DNA of 62,139 nucleotides, filler included, from Basidiobolus ranarum (Eukaryota): NCBI GenBank assembly GCA_040143965.1. It is 3 parts of 3 records of this genome, joined end to end, with 100 filler letters (N's around TTAATTAATTAA, not from the genome) between each part and the next. Parts side by side here need not be neighbours in the genome. Positions count along the whole stretch, not along the records: positions 20,812 to 41,451 come from JASJQH010007099.1; 2 more parts are not named here. One strand, 5' to 3'. Shown piece by piece: positions 27,863 to 40,308 of this stretch (position 1 is its first letter; each line of letters starts with the position of its first letter). The notes under the pieces were generated by a model. It saw only the letters and a program-made list of their open reading frames with translations, ran no database searches and was not told where the DNA came from. The position numbers and the translations under genes were made by a program.

Positions 27863-28106
27863 ATATTATTATAATATAGAGATAATTTCTATCGCCAAAA
27901 TCTATCAGTCATGTGATCACAAGTTAATCAGTCTCCAGCCAAGAACTAATACCACAGGGTATTATAAGCCACGACCAATGATTGCACAAGAAAAAGGGTA
28001 AATCCATTAATGATAAGCATATTCAAACTTGACTAATAAAAGTTCAACAACCATTAACGTCTCGTGTATTGCGACCCATATTTCACGATTCCTTAACTTA
28101 TAGTAG

Positions 28107-29700
28107 ATGCCAACACTTCGAACTCTATTCGTTTTGGCAGGAATTGGTTTAGTTTCATGCACTTCAAGTGACCCACTTCATGCTTCACTTGGCCTGTCAG
28201 TGCTAGCAGGTTTGGTTACTTGGGAGCTAATTCCTCGTTTAAGCCCCACTTTTCTAAAGGCTGGTCTATCAGGAAAAGATATGTGTAAGAAGGCTAAGCC
28301 TATATTGTAAGAACTTAAACACCATATCCACGTAAACGTATATGTATTTACGCGAACATTTATCGAACAGACCTGAAAGCATGGGTGTTGTCTGTGCTAT
28401 GGTTTACTTAATTACTCTGATTATCTTCATTCCATTCCCATTTGTTGACTGGTTCCCAGGTGTTCTTTCGGAAAGGGGGAAACTTTCATTACACACATTT
28501 CCATATCATAAGGTATCTACAGCTGATTGCTCATATTCCAGTTCAAACACTTAGCATTTTGTCGATATAGTTAGGTTTATTTTTATCTGGAATTCTAACT
28601 ATACAGAGTATGGTTATGCTAGGATTTGGGGATGATGTGTTAGATATTCGTTGGCGTTACAAGCTCATTTTACCTACCATTGCCTCTATCCCGTTACTAG
28701 TTATATACTACGTTTCTGGCGGTGTTACTACTGTAATGGTACCGTTGCCTTTTCGAGGAATCTTTGGACCTTTGTTTGACCTTGGTAACATGGTTATAAT
28801 AGTAGATATTCTCTACCTAAGTTTTATGGTTAATACTCTTTAACATTTAAAGGGATATTGTATTACTTGTATATGGCTATGCTCGCCGTATTCTGTACAA
28901 ATTCTATTAACATCTTGGCAGGTGTAAATGGTGTTGAAGTTGGTCAAAGTATAATCATCGCTACCTCTGTAGTTATCAATGACTCCTTATATTTGGATGG
29001 AACGAACATTCCTGCTTTGGAAACACATCTATTTTCGCTTTACTTTTTACTTCCATTCATTGGTGTATCTGTGGCTTTATTTGTGCACAATTGGTATGTT
29101 GCATATCCGGTTGGTCCTTGGAAATGAACTAAATTCAATGTTAGGTACCCTGCTCGAGTATTTGTTGGCGATACATACTGCTACTTCGCTGGAATGACCT
29201 TAGCGGTAGTCTCGATTATGGGTCACTTTACAAAAACCATCTTGTTATTTTTTATTCCACAAATATTCAACTTCATTTACTCTGCCCCTCAACTATTTCA
29301 TTTTGTTGATTGTCCAAGACACAGAATGCCTAAGTAGGATTTTCGGTTTTATGAAGTTACTCTCTATATGGTATTAATAATAATCCCTACCAAAAGGCTG
29401 AACCGACATCTAGGTAAGTTAGAGGCTACTTTTACCGAGTTAAGCAAAATTTCTCCATTGGGAAAAATATTTCTTCGTCTTTATGAGGCTTTAGGATTGA
29501 TTCAAGTGGAACGAAATGAAGATGGTGTTCCGATTCGAGTCAATAATTTTACTCTTTTGAATCTTCTCTTATGTAAGTTAGGCCCTTTGCGTGAGCGTCA
29601 ATTGGTGATATATGTAATGTGTATCCAGATATTAGCTTCCTTTGTATCCTTCTTCATTCGGTATAAGATGGCCTCACTGATATATGAAGTTGTTGACTGA
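28107..29700 (+). CDS. ALG7: UDP-GlcNAc:dolichol-phosphate GlcNAc-1-phosphate transferase (DPAGT1/GPT), 6 exons
   Basis: [92 protein letters not shown]. Confidence 0.95.
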
Positions 29701-29886
29701 TGACTTTGCCAACCTGCACTTGACTGCTTATTATTGTACTAGCATATCAATATGATAAATTATTATCATTTAAATGATCAATAGTCAAAAACGGTCACCG
29801 ATTTTTTGAAACTGTTAATAATGGATGAATTTAAGTTAGTGTCTTTGTAGAATGACAATTACAAAAAGCTAAGGGTTTCCCTCAAT

Positions 29887-31207
29887 ATGATATATAAGAC
29901 CTCAAATTACTCGCAATCATTAAGAAAACTAAGGAAATATCAAAAATTACTTGACAACTGTCCAACGAATGACTTCATTGTTGGGAAGTATGCGAATTGG
30001 TTTTGTAGACTGGACGAACCAGACCTATCCACTTTGCTCTTTGCTGTGAATGAACTAAGGTACGATGTACTTAGAGAAGAAGAAGCCTTTTCAGAAATCA
30101 CTTTTGATGGAGATTATCTTCTAAGTCGACGCCAACAACGAGCTTTAGCATTTCTAGGAAGAACCAATGAAGCTCTAACTCTATCACGATTCGAAGAAAC
30201 ATTCGTGGATAGTTACTCTATTGGTTGTGAAGATACTCCTAAGCATTCATTTCAATACGATGAAAAATTTAAGTGGCTATGCAGATGCACTCCAAATGAC
30301 TTGTTTGGAATCATTTGGCTAGTTGGTGAGATCCGTGCTAGGTGGGTTGACTCGGCTACTAAGCTATCTCAGTTCCAAGAACGACCAAGAGAAGCCATTA
30401 AAGGTCTAATTTCTTTAGCCCAAGATAAACCGATTTGGTATCGACGTGCTGGGTGGAAAGTACAAATTCCTGAGTATTATGGAAGAAGGTCTGACTGGTG
30501 GTGGCACTGTATAAAATGTCTTATTTATCACCGTCAATAAGTCATATTTTTTACTGTTTATCAACATCAAACTAAAATCCTAAAAGTCAAGAACTCCAAG
30601 CTTTGGTTGTGCATTTTTACACCAATATCGTACTTTCAAAAAATGCAGCCTGTGTTTTATACATCGACCGTTACTCGATACACTAACTTTCTCAAACTCA
30701 TAGATGCCAGTCGAGAGGAATACAGCTTTTGGCCGTCGACTGGATATACAGATGTCTAGATATCATACATATACCTATGAGATTTACCGCCATAAACTAT
30801 GGCTGCTCGATAATCCTTATTAACGACATTTGTCTCGAGACCAGATATTCCACCAGATTTGCGAGTATCGGCTTTAGGATTCAAGTATCTTCAGCTCTAT
30901 AATCCATTGCACACTTGCCATGTACCAATCGAGGTAATGACGGCATCGGCTGGAACAATTCAATTTTTGTACCTGCTTTTCAGTGACTCATGAATAACAG
31001 TACCGGTGTTTGATGAAGTGGTCAGCAATTCATACTTTAACCTAACCTCGAATAATCTTCTACCATAGGCCTTGTTTGCCGATTGGCCAGACCTGGTATG
31101 GTAAACCAAAGTAATCTCGACGCTAAACATTCTCTGGTTTCTGTAAAATTACCGTGTAAAGTTTACGGGGCCTGAATGATGTATCTAGTAATGATAATCA
31201 CTTATAA
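29887..31207 (+). CDS. Hypothetical protein; 217-aa ORF 29887-30540 probably continued by small exons to about 31207
   Basis: Long open frame with an internal duplicated motif; downstream GT..CTAAC..AG intron-like segments (e.g. 31021-31068) suggest more exons. Both ends uncertain. Confidence 0.4.
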
Positions 31208-31412
31208 TGCGAGGGTCTAATGACTGATATACAACACATTCTTCCAGATTGTGAGATTGATTTTATACATGGCAAAGCCTTTATAACCATAAATATCATT
31301 TCTATAATGCTCAGTAAACCATGCAATCTTTGCTGTACTAAGAAGTATCAAACATAAATGGGAAAGAAGAGGGATGTGGCTAAACGATATTAAAGATATA
31401 CTACAGATAATT

Positions 31413-34400
31413 CTACTTCTTGCCTCCCCGAGTTGTAGTCATTCTACTTTTAGAGTTTCCGCGCTTTCCTCTTGCTCTTCCTCTTCCTCTACCACGTCCA
31501 CGTGACTTAACAGGCTCCGAAACTGGCACCACTTCCGCTTCGTCCTCAGATCCATCTGGTGTACTATCAGAATCTAATGAATGCTTGGTTGGTGATGTAC
31601 TAGGCTCCGTATCCTGAGACCCATGAACCCATTTGCTTACAATATCCCTAATACGAGCACTTTTATGAGTCGCTGTACGCTCGGGGGATGGCCCAAGGAA
31701 TCCATCCAATGTGGTTTGATTACCGACCAACTAAATGTTACCGGTTCGTCAGTTTTCTGCTATAACATGAAGTATTACTTGCTTATACATACCTTTCTTT
31801 GATTGATGTTCCTGATTATGGGAATAAGTGTCTCATCGGTCTTGGATTCAGGCCACCGTAGTTTATCTTGCATATATCTAACGTATTGACGATAGAGAAT
31901 GTAGTTGAGTTACAGTAATGCTGGAACTATCTAAATAGCTTGAAAACAAACCCTCTTAGCCCATCCAAATCTGGGATGCCCCACTGGAACTTTTGATCCG
32001 AATCATCCACCATCGGGTTAACATATGCTTCTCGAACTCGAAGGTCAGGAAACGAGGAAGGTATGTAGCATTTTTTCAAGATATTTCTCTGGTAAACGAA
32101 GTAATTTCAAGGAGTTAGTCCCCGCATACAGAATGAATGTATCTCACAACACTAACCAGTTTCTTTCTGATGGGCGGATCCTTAGACACATTCGATAGAT
32201 CATTCCACCATTCTTTGAATCTCCTCAAACCTTCCTCACCGGACCACTCGTTCAAAATCTCCATTGCATTAACTACACCGACTCCAGTTACACCCTCGGT
32301 ATAGTCGCTTCCAAGAAGATATGCCAATGAGATAAGCTTATCTTGATCTAATTTCATTTCTCTCTCTAAATCCGAGCTCTGATAGCATTCTACAAACTTT
32401 GATTGGTTGAACATGTTTCTATATATCTTTGTGCCTCCAAACAAAAACACATCGCTATCATCTGTAACAATGCCATCAACCAACGATAATTTCAACAACT
32501 CTGCACATTGAGCCTCTGCTTCCATAGGCGCAACAACATACGGAATTCCAAATAAGCGAAGCAAATCCTATAAACGTTGGAGTTGTTAGTAACCATTATG
32601 TGTTTAGGTAATAGGTCGCTACTTCACCTGAATATCAGATATCATATTATTGCTCGGATTGCTGACGTCTCTTTGGTCCTTTCTCATTTGCATATTTAAA
32701 TCCTTGACTTCACTCTCTAATTCTCTATGTACGGTTTCGATATCTTTGTTCTTTAACGCAGAAACAAATTGAGCAAATTCCGAATTTTCTTCGTCCAAAT
32801 GCGTAGCAACATCTTCATCATCCGAGTCAAATAATTCAATGGCGCTGGTGGAGGTTTTCGGTTCATCTGTAATCCTACGTGATTTGGTAGGAGAGACACT
32901 CGTTTGACTATGGTGGTCAATTATGGAACGTTTACTAACTGTTGCTCCTCCACTCGATATAATTTTGATTGTTTCCGGGGAAATATATAACGGCTGTTCG
33001 GATCTCCCAGATGAATATTCCGTTTGACTCCTCGTGAATACTGGAGTGGTGAACTTCGGAGATAAATTAGACCGAGCCTTAATCGGTGTGGATACAATAC
33101 GTGCCTCTTTTGGCGATTCACTATCCTTTGATGCTAATGTGACGATTCTTCAATAAAACAGATTTCCCAAAACAACTTATATTATATTACCATGAAACAC
33201 ATCTTACCAGTCTTAAACTCAGTTTCCATTGGTGGGCTTGACTCTCGAATGTGAATCGGATTCTCCTTGATGGGTAGAGCAGTAGGATCTTGACTGGGGT
33301 TTGTCTCAAAAGCTGAAGTTGCTTGTGGGATAGATTCAACCAGATCATAAGCACCCTCCAAAGGTAACTCGCTTGGAGACGAAGCAGGTTGTATATCTTC
33401 CAATGGTGGCTGGAGTTTGTTAGATTTCAACACGTCCGCTTCATCATTTTTAGAAACCACTTCAGAGCTGAATGTCTTTTCAGAACTCTCATGATCGCGA
33501 AGATCCAAGGCCGCCGAACATGACGATTCACTTGGGCTTTCAGACTTGGAGAACTCAATCTTTTGGCTCAAATCTTCAAGTACTGGGTTAGAGGTTTCAA
33601 CATTTGACTTTACTGAATCAAGTAAAATATCTGATTCATTCTTGTCTTCTATAATCTGTACTGTTTGTCTATCAAAAGATGACTGAGAACTCGGCTCTTC
33701 TTTCACTTCAGTAGCTTTCGATTTGTTGGTAGAAGATAATTTGAAAAATTTTGATTCGATTTTCGAGGTTTTTGTAAATCCACTTTGAAGACTCGTATTG
33801 AGGTCATCTGAAATAGCGAATTTTGACTCTGGTGTGGTGTTCAGTAAGTTTGAAGATTTTTCTTGTTTCGACGTAAGACTAGGTTGGAGAAAAGAAGAGC
33901 TGAAATCGATGTTGTACAACTCTTCTAAATCATTCTCATTTACTGTTGGTGTTGTTGTCTGCTTATCCATTAAGTTTGGAGAATGATTTTCATTCGATAA
34001 GCTAAACGAAACCTCTTCAAAAAACATGTCTCCTTCTGTATCGGAAGTATGCAATTCATAGCAGGATTCAAATTGAGACGCAAATCTAGTACCACTGTTC
34101 TCATTATGACTCACGGAAGTATGCTTTTTTTTGGTAGGCGTGTGAGTTTGTAATTGTTCCTTCGATGGTGATCCTGACTGAATAGTCTCAATCGAGTCAG
34201 GATCGCTTGCTAGAACATTCGGTGTATTTTCAGAGGTGTCCTCCTCTTTAATATCTATCTGCTGCCACATTTTCTTCCACTCATTCACAAATCGACAAAA
34301 TACAATATAAAAAGTATATGCAATAACCTTGTCTTGAGATACATTGTCTTCGGAAGTTTTTTCAAGCTTACGGGAGAAGGAGAGAATAATGCTATCCCTA

Positions 34401-36254
34401 GCTGCTTCGCTAAAATCATACACAGCCTCTTTAAGAATTATTTCGTATAGCGGAAATATGAACTTGAATTCAGGAGGAACTTGATTTATCCAATAATCGT
34501 AAACTTGCTCATCATTGACAAATAATGCAGGGTCGGGTGGCTTCTCCAAATATTCTTTCTGCAAAGTATTTTGTTTGGTCTCGCCAATGTCAAATAATCC
34601 GGATGTTGATATGGCAACCTCATTGCTCTCTGTTGAGCTATTCGCCTCTTCTAGCTTTTTGAATCGCTCCATCACATTCTCGATACTCTCATTGTCATCT
34701 ACGTAAGATCCCATATCATTTACCAAATGATCAGTCTGCGTTTTGGGCGTAGGTATCAAGGAACTGTGGAAGAATGGGACATCCATGGAGGACAGTTTGG
34801 GCGTACTTGTTTGAGATATCCTATTTGAAGACATGAGACTCGAAGGATTGTAAACAATAATTATCCAAATTAGAACTCTTACCCAGGCACCTCGACTTCC
34901 TCAAATTCTTCATCTTCATCCGAACTATCCAGCTTTACAGGCGTCTCTTTGGTGCCAGCATTTGGATCCTCTTTTTTAGACTTTATCCCCATGGTCCAAC
35001 CACCCGCAACATCGTCGTTCTTAATTAGAACATATTCCCGATCCGCCTCCGACGCAATTCTTCCCTTAAGTACGGTAGAGGTTCTTTTGGTAGCCCCAGT
35101 AGACTCTAAGAATCGTTGCATCAAATCATTTCTTCTGACAAGATTCTTGATCTGGAGTTGAGAGAAATCAAAGGCGGTGTGAGTACAGAGTTAAAGAAGA
35201 TTCCGGTATTCATTCAATGAATAATTAAGTCTTGGTAAAATAAAAAAAGGATATAGTAGCTGAACGAATCATGTGCTCTAATCGATGCCAGGATGTTTGT
35301 CGACTCTTGTTTTTGAGATCCAACAAAATCTCTTGTTGAATCTCAATTGGTAGTGAAGAGAATATCTCGGAATTTATATCAACATTCTCCGTCTAATAAA
35401 AATGACCCATCAAAACGTTAAAAATGTTACAAAGCTAAGCAACATAATGGTATCCATTGAAAGAAACTTACATTGATTCCGTGAAACACATAATCATCAC
35501 CCTCCTCTATAGCTATCATCTTGTCCTGCTCAACCGATATCCTGAATCCAACGAATATTGTTGACTATGTTGAAATGCTGAACAGGTAAGTCATAATATA
35601 AATTTACCTAAATTCATTTTCAACATTAGGCAATTCATAGGCATCTCTTTTTCTTTTTCCAACATCAGATGCCACGACATTGACCAGTTGTCTTTGTACA
35701 TTAATAATCTCCTCTTCCTTTTCTCTTACTGGGGTCGAGACCTCTTTCAAAGCATGAAGCCTCAGTTGAGCAGATAACAGTTTCTCTGCAGTTTTTTGTA
35801 AATTTCGGGCTGTTCTTTCTTTTCTTTCTCTACGTTCCCTCTAAATAGTATAGGAATTATTTATAAAAACCGAAATGTTTTGAGTCTAAGTAAGCATCCT
35901 CCCCCATCACTTACGATAGTTGAGCGCTTTAAGGTTGGTGCACCTCCATCAAATACAAAAACTGGTTTGATATTGAAAAATAAAAGTTTGCATATCCTTC
36001 TAAAGAAACCAAGAATGTGTGCATTCGATAAAGTTTTTCCTTCCGCATCACGCATAGCCTTTAAGAATTGATGCAACCATATACTTGCATGTAAACCTTG
36101 AGTTAAGTGTGTAACTAATAGATTCACAAATAAATCAACTAAAAGACAAGACAATAAAAAGGATATCTATAGCAAGTCGCTTATTTCCCAAACTTTCAAC
36201 TCTTACAGGTCGAGCTACAGGCTCTATCAGAGTCCATAAGCCTTTAACACCCAT
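31413..36254 (-). CDS. RAD2: XPG/Rad2 structure-specific endonuclease (nucleotide excision repair), multi-exon including two AT-AC introns
   Basis: N-domain MGVKGLW...[13 protein letters not shown]...[17 protein letters not shown]-domain [17 protein letters not shown]...[11 protein letters not shown]...[17 protein letters not shown]-box QTTLDGFL; basic RG-rich tail. Confidence 0.95.
35179..35254 (-). other. U12-type (minor spliceosome) AT-AC intron in RAD2
   Basis: 5' site ATATCCTTTT, branch TTCTTTAAC about a dozen nt before the terminal AC; removal joins [23 protein letters not shown] in frame. Confidence 0.9.
36091..36166 (-). other. U12-type (minor spliceosome) AT-AC intron 1 of RAD2
   Basis: 5' site ATATCCTTTT, branch-like CACTTAAC, 3' end TTTAC; removal restores G|AT = Asp30 in LAID-ASIW. 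Confidence 0.92.
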
Positions 36255-36802
36255 TCTGTGCACTCGGAATACAACAGGAAGTGCTACAATTTTACCTTGG
36301 AAATATTTTAAAACTAGTCACCATAATACAGGCAAATAAGAAACCGAGAAATATTGTGGTATTTTTCCATCAATAGATATCTAATGAAAATATCACAAAT
36401 CAACGAGATTTGATATCTGGTATAATTTACCGATTACAGCGGCTTATCAAGCACCTGGCGCAGTATATTTTTAGATCTATAACTAGAAAAGGCGGTAAAC
36501 GGTCACGAAAAACAAACTGTTTGGCAACAAACATAGCTCCACTGTGTGATGGTTACATCGAATTCTGGTATTGTAAATAGTGTAATAAATCTGTTCGAAA
36601 TAGATTTATGGCCACATTATCATCGTCTTTATTAGAAATTTACACATATACCAGCCCAGTGAGGTTAAAGAAGCACCAATGCAACCAATTTTTAGCAGCC
36701 TTTAGTTCATCACATTACATTGATATTTAAATTGATAAAAGGGCTTAACATCTCACAATGATATGGTGACCAGATGAAGAGTATTCTAGTTTGCTCGAAT
36801 GT

Positions 36803-38074
36803 CTAGGTTGTAGAGGAGCTAGCTTCCTCATGACTATGCTTTACTGAATTAGAAGATTTAGCTTTCCGAAAGTCTCTATACATCATTCGCTGTGCTTCAG
36901 TTAACCCAACTTTTTCCTCGTTTACTTTGGTGACTCGTTTAAATGGTGGCGGAGATAGCACAGAGGGGAACGTTTGGTCAGCTCGCTTTGGTATAGAGAA
37001 ACTCTTTGGACGTTCGAGTACGGAAGGTCCTCGATTTTTTAACTCGAAATTTTCATCTGCTCGTGTAGATTCCGTCTGTTCATCGAAAGTACCTTTATTG
37101 GGTTTCAGGTTTTCCTCCGGCAAAGTTTTCTGTTGTAAAAGATTTGGTTCGGAAGGAGGCGCGCATGTATCGTAGGTTACTTTGAGTCCATGTGCATGTG
37201 AGCCGTAGCTAGTATGGAAGTTAGTGGCACCTACAGACAAGCGATTCAGCACCAGCAAATCATTGGCTAACCGGAGTTGAATGATTAGATCAGAATAGAC
37301 CACAATCAAGGTATAGTCTTGTAAAACATTAGACACAATAATTGCATTTAGAGTAAAGGAGAAGAGTAGTGTAGGCACAGCCTGATATAGATACTCTCTA
37401 AACAGTTGATGCATAGATAATCCTTGATCTGGAACATAAGGTTGAGAGGACTCCTCAATTGCTTGATTAGACTGGGTTGGCTCCATTTTACGTAGTAGTG
37501 AGATATGCTGAAATATTTTAATCATAAACAGGCCTGTCAGAGTAGCATCAGATGTCATGTCCAAAACAAAAGTGGCAGTGGTAGAAATGGGCTCAAAGGT
37601 ATCCAAACAAAGACGGGCAGCTATATCGTAAAATGGTCGCATCAGGGCACAATGTGAACTCACTGCAACAGCCTTACATAATAGTAAAAGAGCAAAACCA
37701 ATACGAATTGCCAGATTTTGATGAGTTATTACTTCACATCTCCAGAATAATATGATATGATTCAAGAGCTTTGCGCTATGGACAAATGCACAACCAAACG
37801 ATAGTTGGAGTTGGCACGTATGAGGAGTAGCAATATTCAGGCCAGTGGTTTCATTGATTGATAAAACGAGACCTGCAATAATAGCAAACAAGTTCGAAAA
37901 TAAATGAGCAACTCCAGCTTTTGTGCGAAGTAATGCTCGTCTAGCAAGTAGTATTCTAACATTGATCAAGCACGATGTTGCTACCGAAGCCAAGATGGCT
38001 ACGTAAAATCGATCAAGATATAATGGCATGGCAGTAATTACCAAAGACGAAACTACTGTACCAGCAAAGCTCAA
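36803..38074 (-). CDS. Multi-pass (about 7TM) GPCR-like membrane protein, 5' end unresolved
   Basis: 423-aa ORF with 6-7 hydrophobic helices, Cys at the start of a TM3-like helix and in the following loop, and a long hydrophilic tail. The ORF start is TTG, so the true first exon is upstream (possibly ATG near 38305). Confidence 0.6.
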   Translation of the reverse strand: MSFAGTVVSSLVITAMPLYLDRFYVAILASVATSCLINVRILLARRALLRTKAGVAHLFSNLFAIIAGLVLSINETTGLNIATPHTCQLQLSFGCAFVHSAKLLNHIILFWRCEVITHQNLAIRIGFALLLLCKAVAVSSHCALMRPFYDIAARLCLDTFEPISTTATFVLDMTSDATLTGLFMIKIFQHISLLRKMEPTQSNQAIEESSQPYVPDQGLSMHQLFREYLYQAVPTLLFSFTLNAIIVSNVLQDYTLIVVYSDLIIQLRLANDLLVLNRLSVGATNFHTSYGSHAHGLKVTYDTCAPPSEPNLLQQKTLPEENLKPNKGTFDEQTESTRADENFELKNRGPSVLERPKSFSIPKRADQTFPSVLSPPPFKRVTKVNEEKVGLTEAQRMMYRDFRKAKSSNSVKHSHEEASSSTT

Positions 38075-40308
38075 AACGGTTTTATAGAAATTGGAGCAGT
38101 GATATAAAGCGATACCTAGATCGCTATAAAGTATTTAAGCAACTAATGTTTGCCTGAGAATAGTAAGCAGACGAGATTTGAAATTCACAAAGATTAGTTC
38201 AGGTTTAAAGCTGAAGTATTACGAGAACCAATTTCTTCATCATCAATGGTTGGAAAGGCCTTTCAGCGTTACACCGCCGTGCGGATCAACTGGCGTCGAC
38301 TCCATATTTACATCAATCTATCTCCCGGAGATCATATCTTTTTTAAATAATTTGTGGATCAAATGAACATGATTTTTGCAAATATATATTAACGGTTGCA
38401 ACAGGTAACAACCCATTACTGATTATATCGGTGTTCGCAAATGCGGGCCCCAAAGAAAACAAGCCTTGAATCCCTCCAATAGAAGTGGGCTAGGCCAGGC
38501 CCTCGTATGCATACTTTGTGAACGAAATTGTCCCTCAACTATTAATTTTAATGCCACATTACCTTCATCTCAGTCACATCTAACCAATAATAGATTCACA
38601 GTTAATAAAGGAATTACCGATAGTGATGTGTAGATTGTATCATGTTTGTCATTGAGGAGAAAGCGATTGGTTGCAATCAGTGTTACGAAGGAATCCGTCA
38701 AACTATCACATACAAACTCAAAGGGTCTTTCTGAGCTTGATACATCATGGCAAGAGTGTGGTCGCCTTCAATAATCTGTTCCCGGGGAGATAACTCCACT
38801 CCAGTTGGGCTTCTTCCAAGCAAGTTATCTCTAACTCTTACACTTGGAGAGACAGGAGATAGTATGTTTACGTTGACACCCCAGAAATGAGGCTGTTTAT
38901 TGGATCGAAGTAAGGTAGCGTTTAATTAATATCTTGAACAAAGAAGTACACTGGCTTGGATAATTCATTTGATTCGATTTGTATCATTACTGGCATAATT
39001 TTGAGATAATTATTGTGCAATTTCTGACTTCCTGATGCGGGTTGCAATCTCAACCTTTTGCAAGGAAGAGCAATAGGATAATTTTGCCACCCAGATAAGC
39101 AGTCAACTACGGCTAAACTCAGGCAATTGTTCGTATAGATTGCGGGTTTGGCCCATCATCATTTGTAATGAGATTTAAAATGACTAACGCAGTCTGCCCA
39201 AAGTTCCAAAAGGAAGGTGCGCGCTCAATACAGTTTGGAAAAATTCAAGCATACATGTTTGAAATATGTTCTATCTCGAAATTTAGAATTGAACAACCGG
39301 TGGTGCAAAGAGTTTCCAATCAGTGTATTGAGGCACACATTATTTGACCGCGATTATTAATACGTAGCATATCGAACTATTTGACTCAAAATGGGGGATT
39401 TATAGATGATCTTCAGACATCTGCCAGTCAACATACCTATTCGGCTTAACTAGCTGTTTTCCACAATATCTTGTTTCGCTAAAAAGGAAACCCGAACAAT
39501 TGGGTGAATTTGATAGTGGGATAAAAATAACAACTATGCCATGCTTCAGGCAGCTTATTTCTGGAAATCTACCTCATGTGGTACTTTGTCGTCGTCAACA
39601 GTGTTCCCTTGACCTTTCATTTTTATCTGTGGCCAATTCATTTCTGCTGCGTAACAGCAAAATCAATTGTTTCTTGTATCATTATTTCCAACTAATTCAA
39701 GTTATACAACAGTTGTACATCGCGAGGTACCATTTGATTACAAAGATGGTTAACAATACAAGCTTTCAGAATGACTACACTGTATTCAGGTTGTTGGAGA
39801 TTGAGCCACTCTAAGTGGTTGAGCATGGCCAAACCACGTGTATGATCCCGTCAGTATCCCAGAGGTGGTTATTGGTGTGACTATCATTGATTTGTAAGTA
39901 TACAGAAGAGATAGAATCAAATCATCACATTCTTCTTTTGCTTCTATCAATCGCTCAAGGTCTGACAAAGACCGAACGAATTCCTTGATCCTGGAGTTAC
40001 AAAGTGAATCCGAAACCATCTTGTGGACAGATGTTTGAGATAAGCCTGCTCAGAGTCCTACCGTTATTTTGTGGCAAATTTCTACAAGAGACACCTCATC
40101 CATTGATCCCGCCAAACATTAATCTGAGTGGACTTAATAGAACAATTATATGGCCAGAACGATACACAGGAGCAAAAGAGATATTGGGAAGTTACTAATT
40201 TGGGACTGTTGCAAGTAAATCGGCACGACGTGAAGTCTTTTAAAATCGAGTAAATAGGTGCCTTTGGTCAATCAACATTTGCTTAACACACATTTTCGAA
40301 CATTGATC

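Noticed and set aside
38400-40250. Short ORFs between the 7TM gene and ALDH (e.g. 39786-40019)
   Set aside because: No recognisable motifs or consistent splice chain; a decayed gene cannot be excluded but is unsupported.
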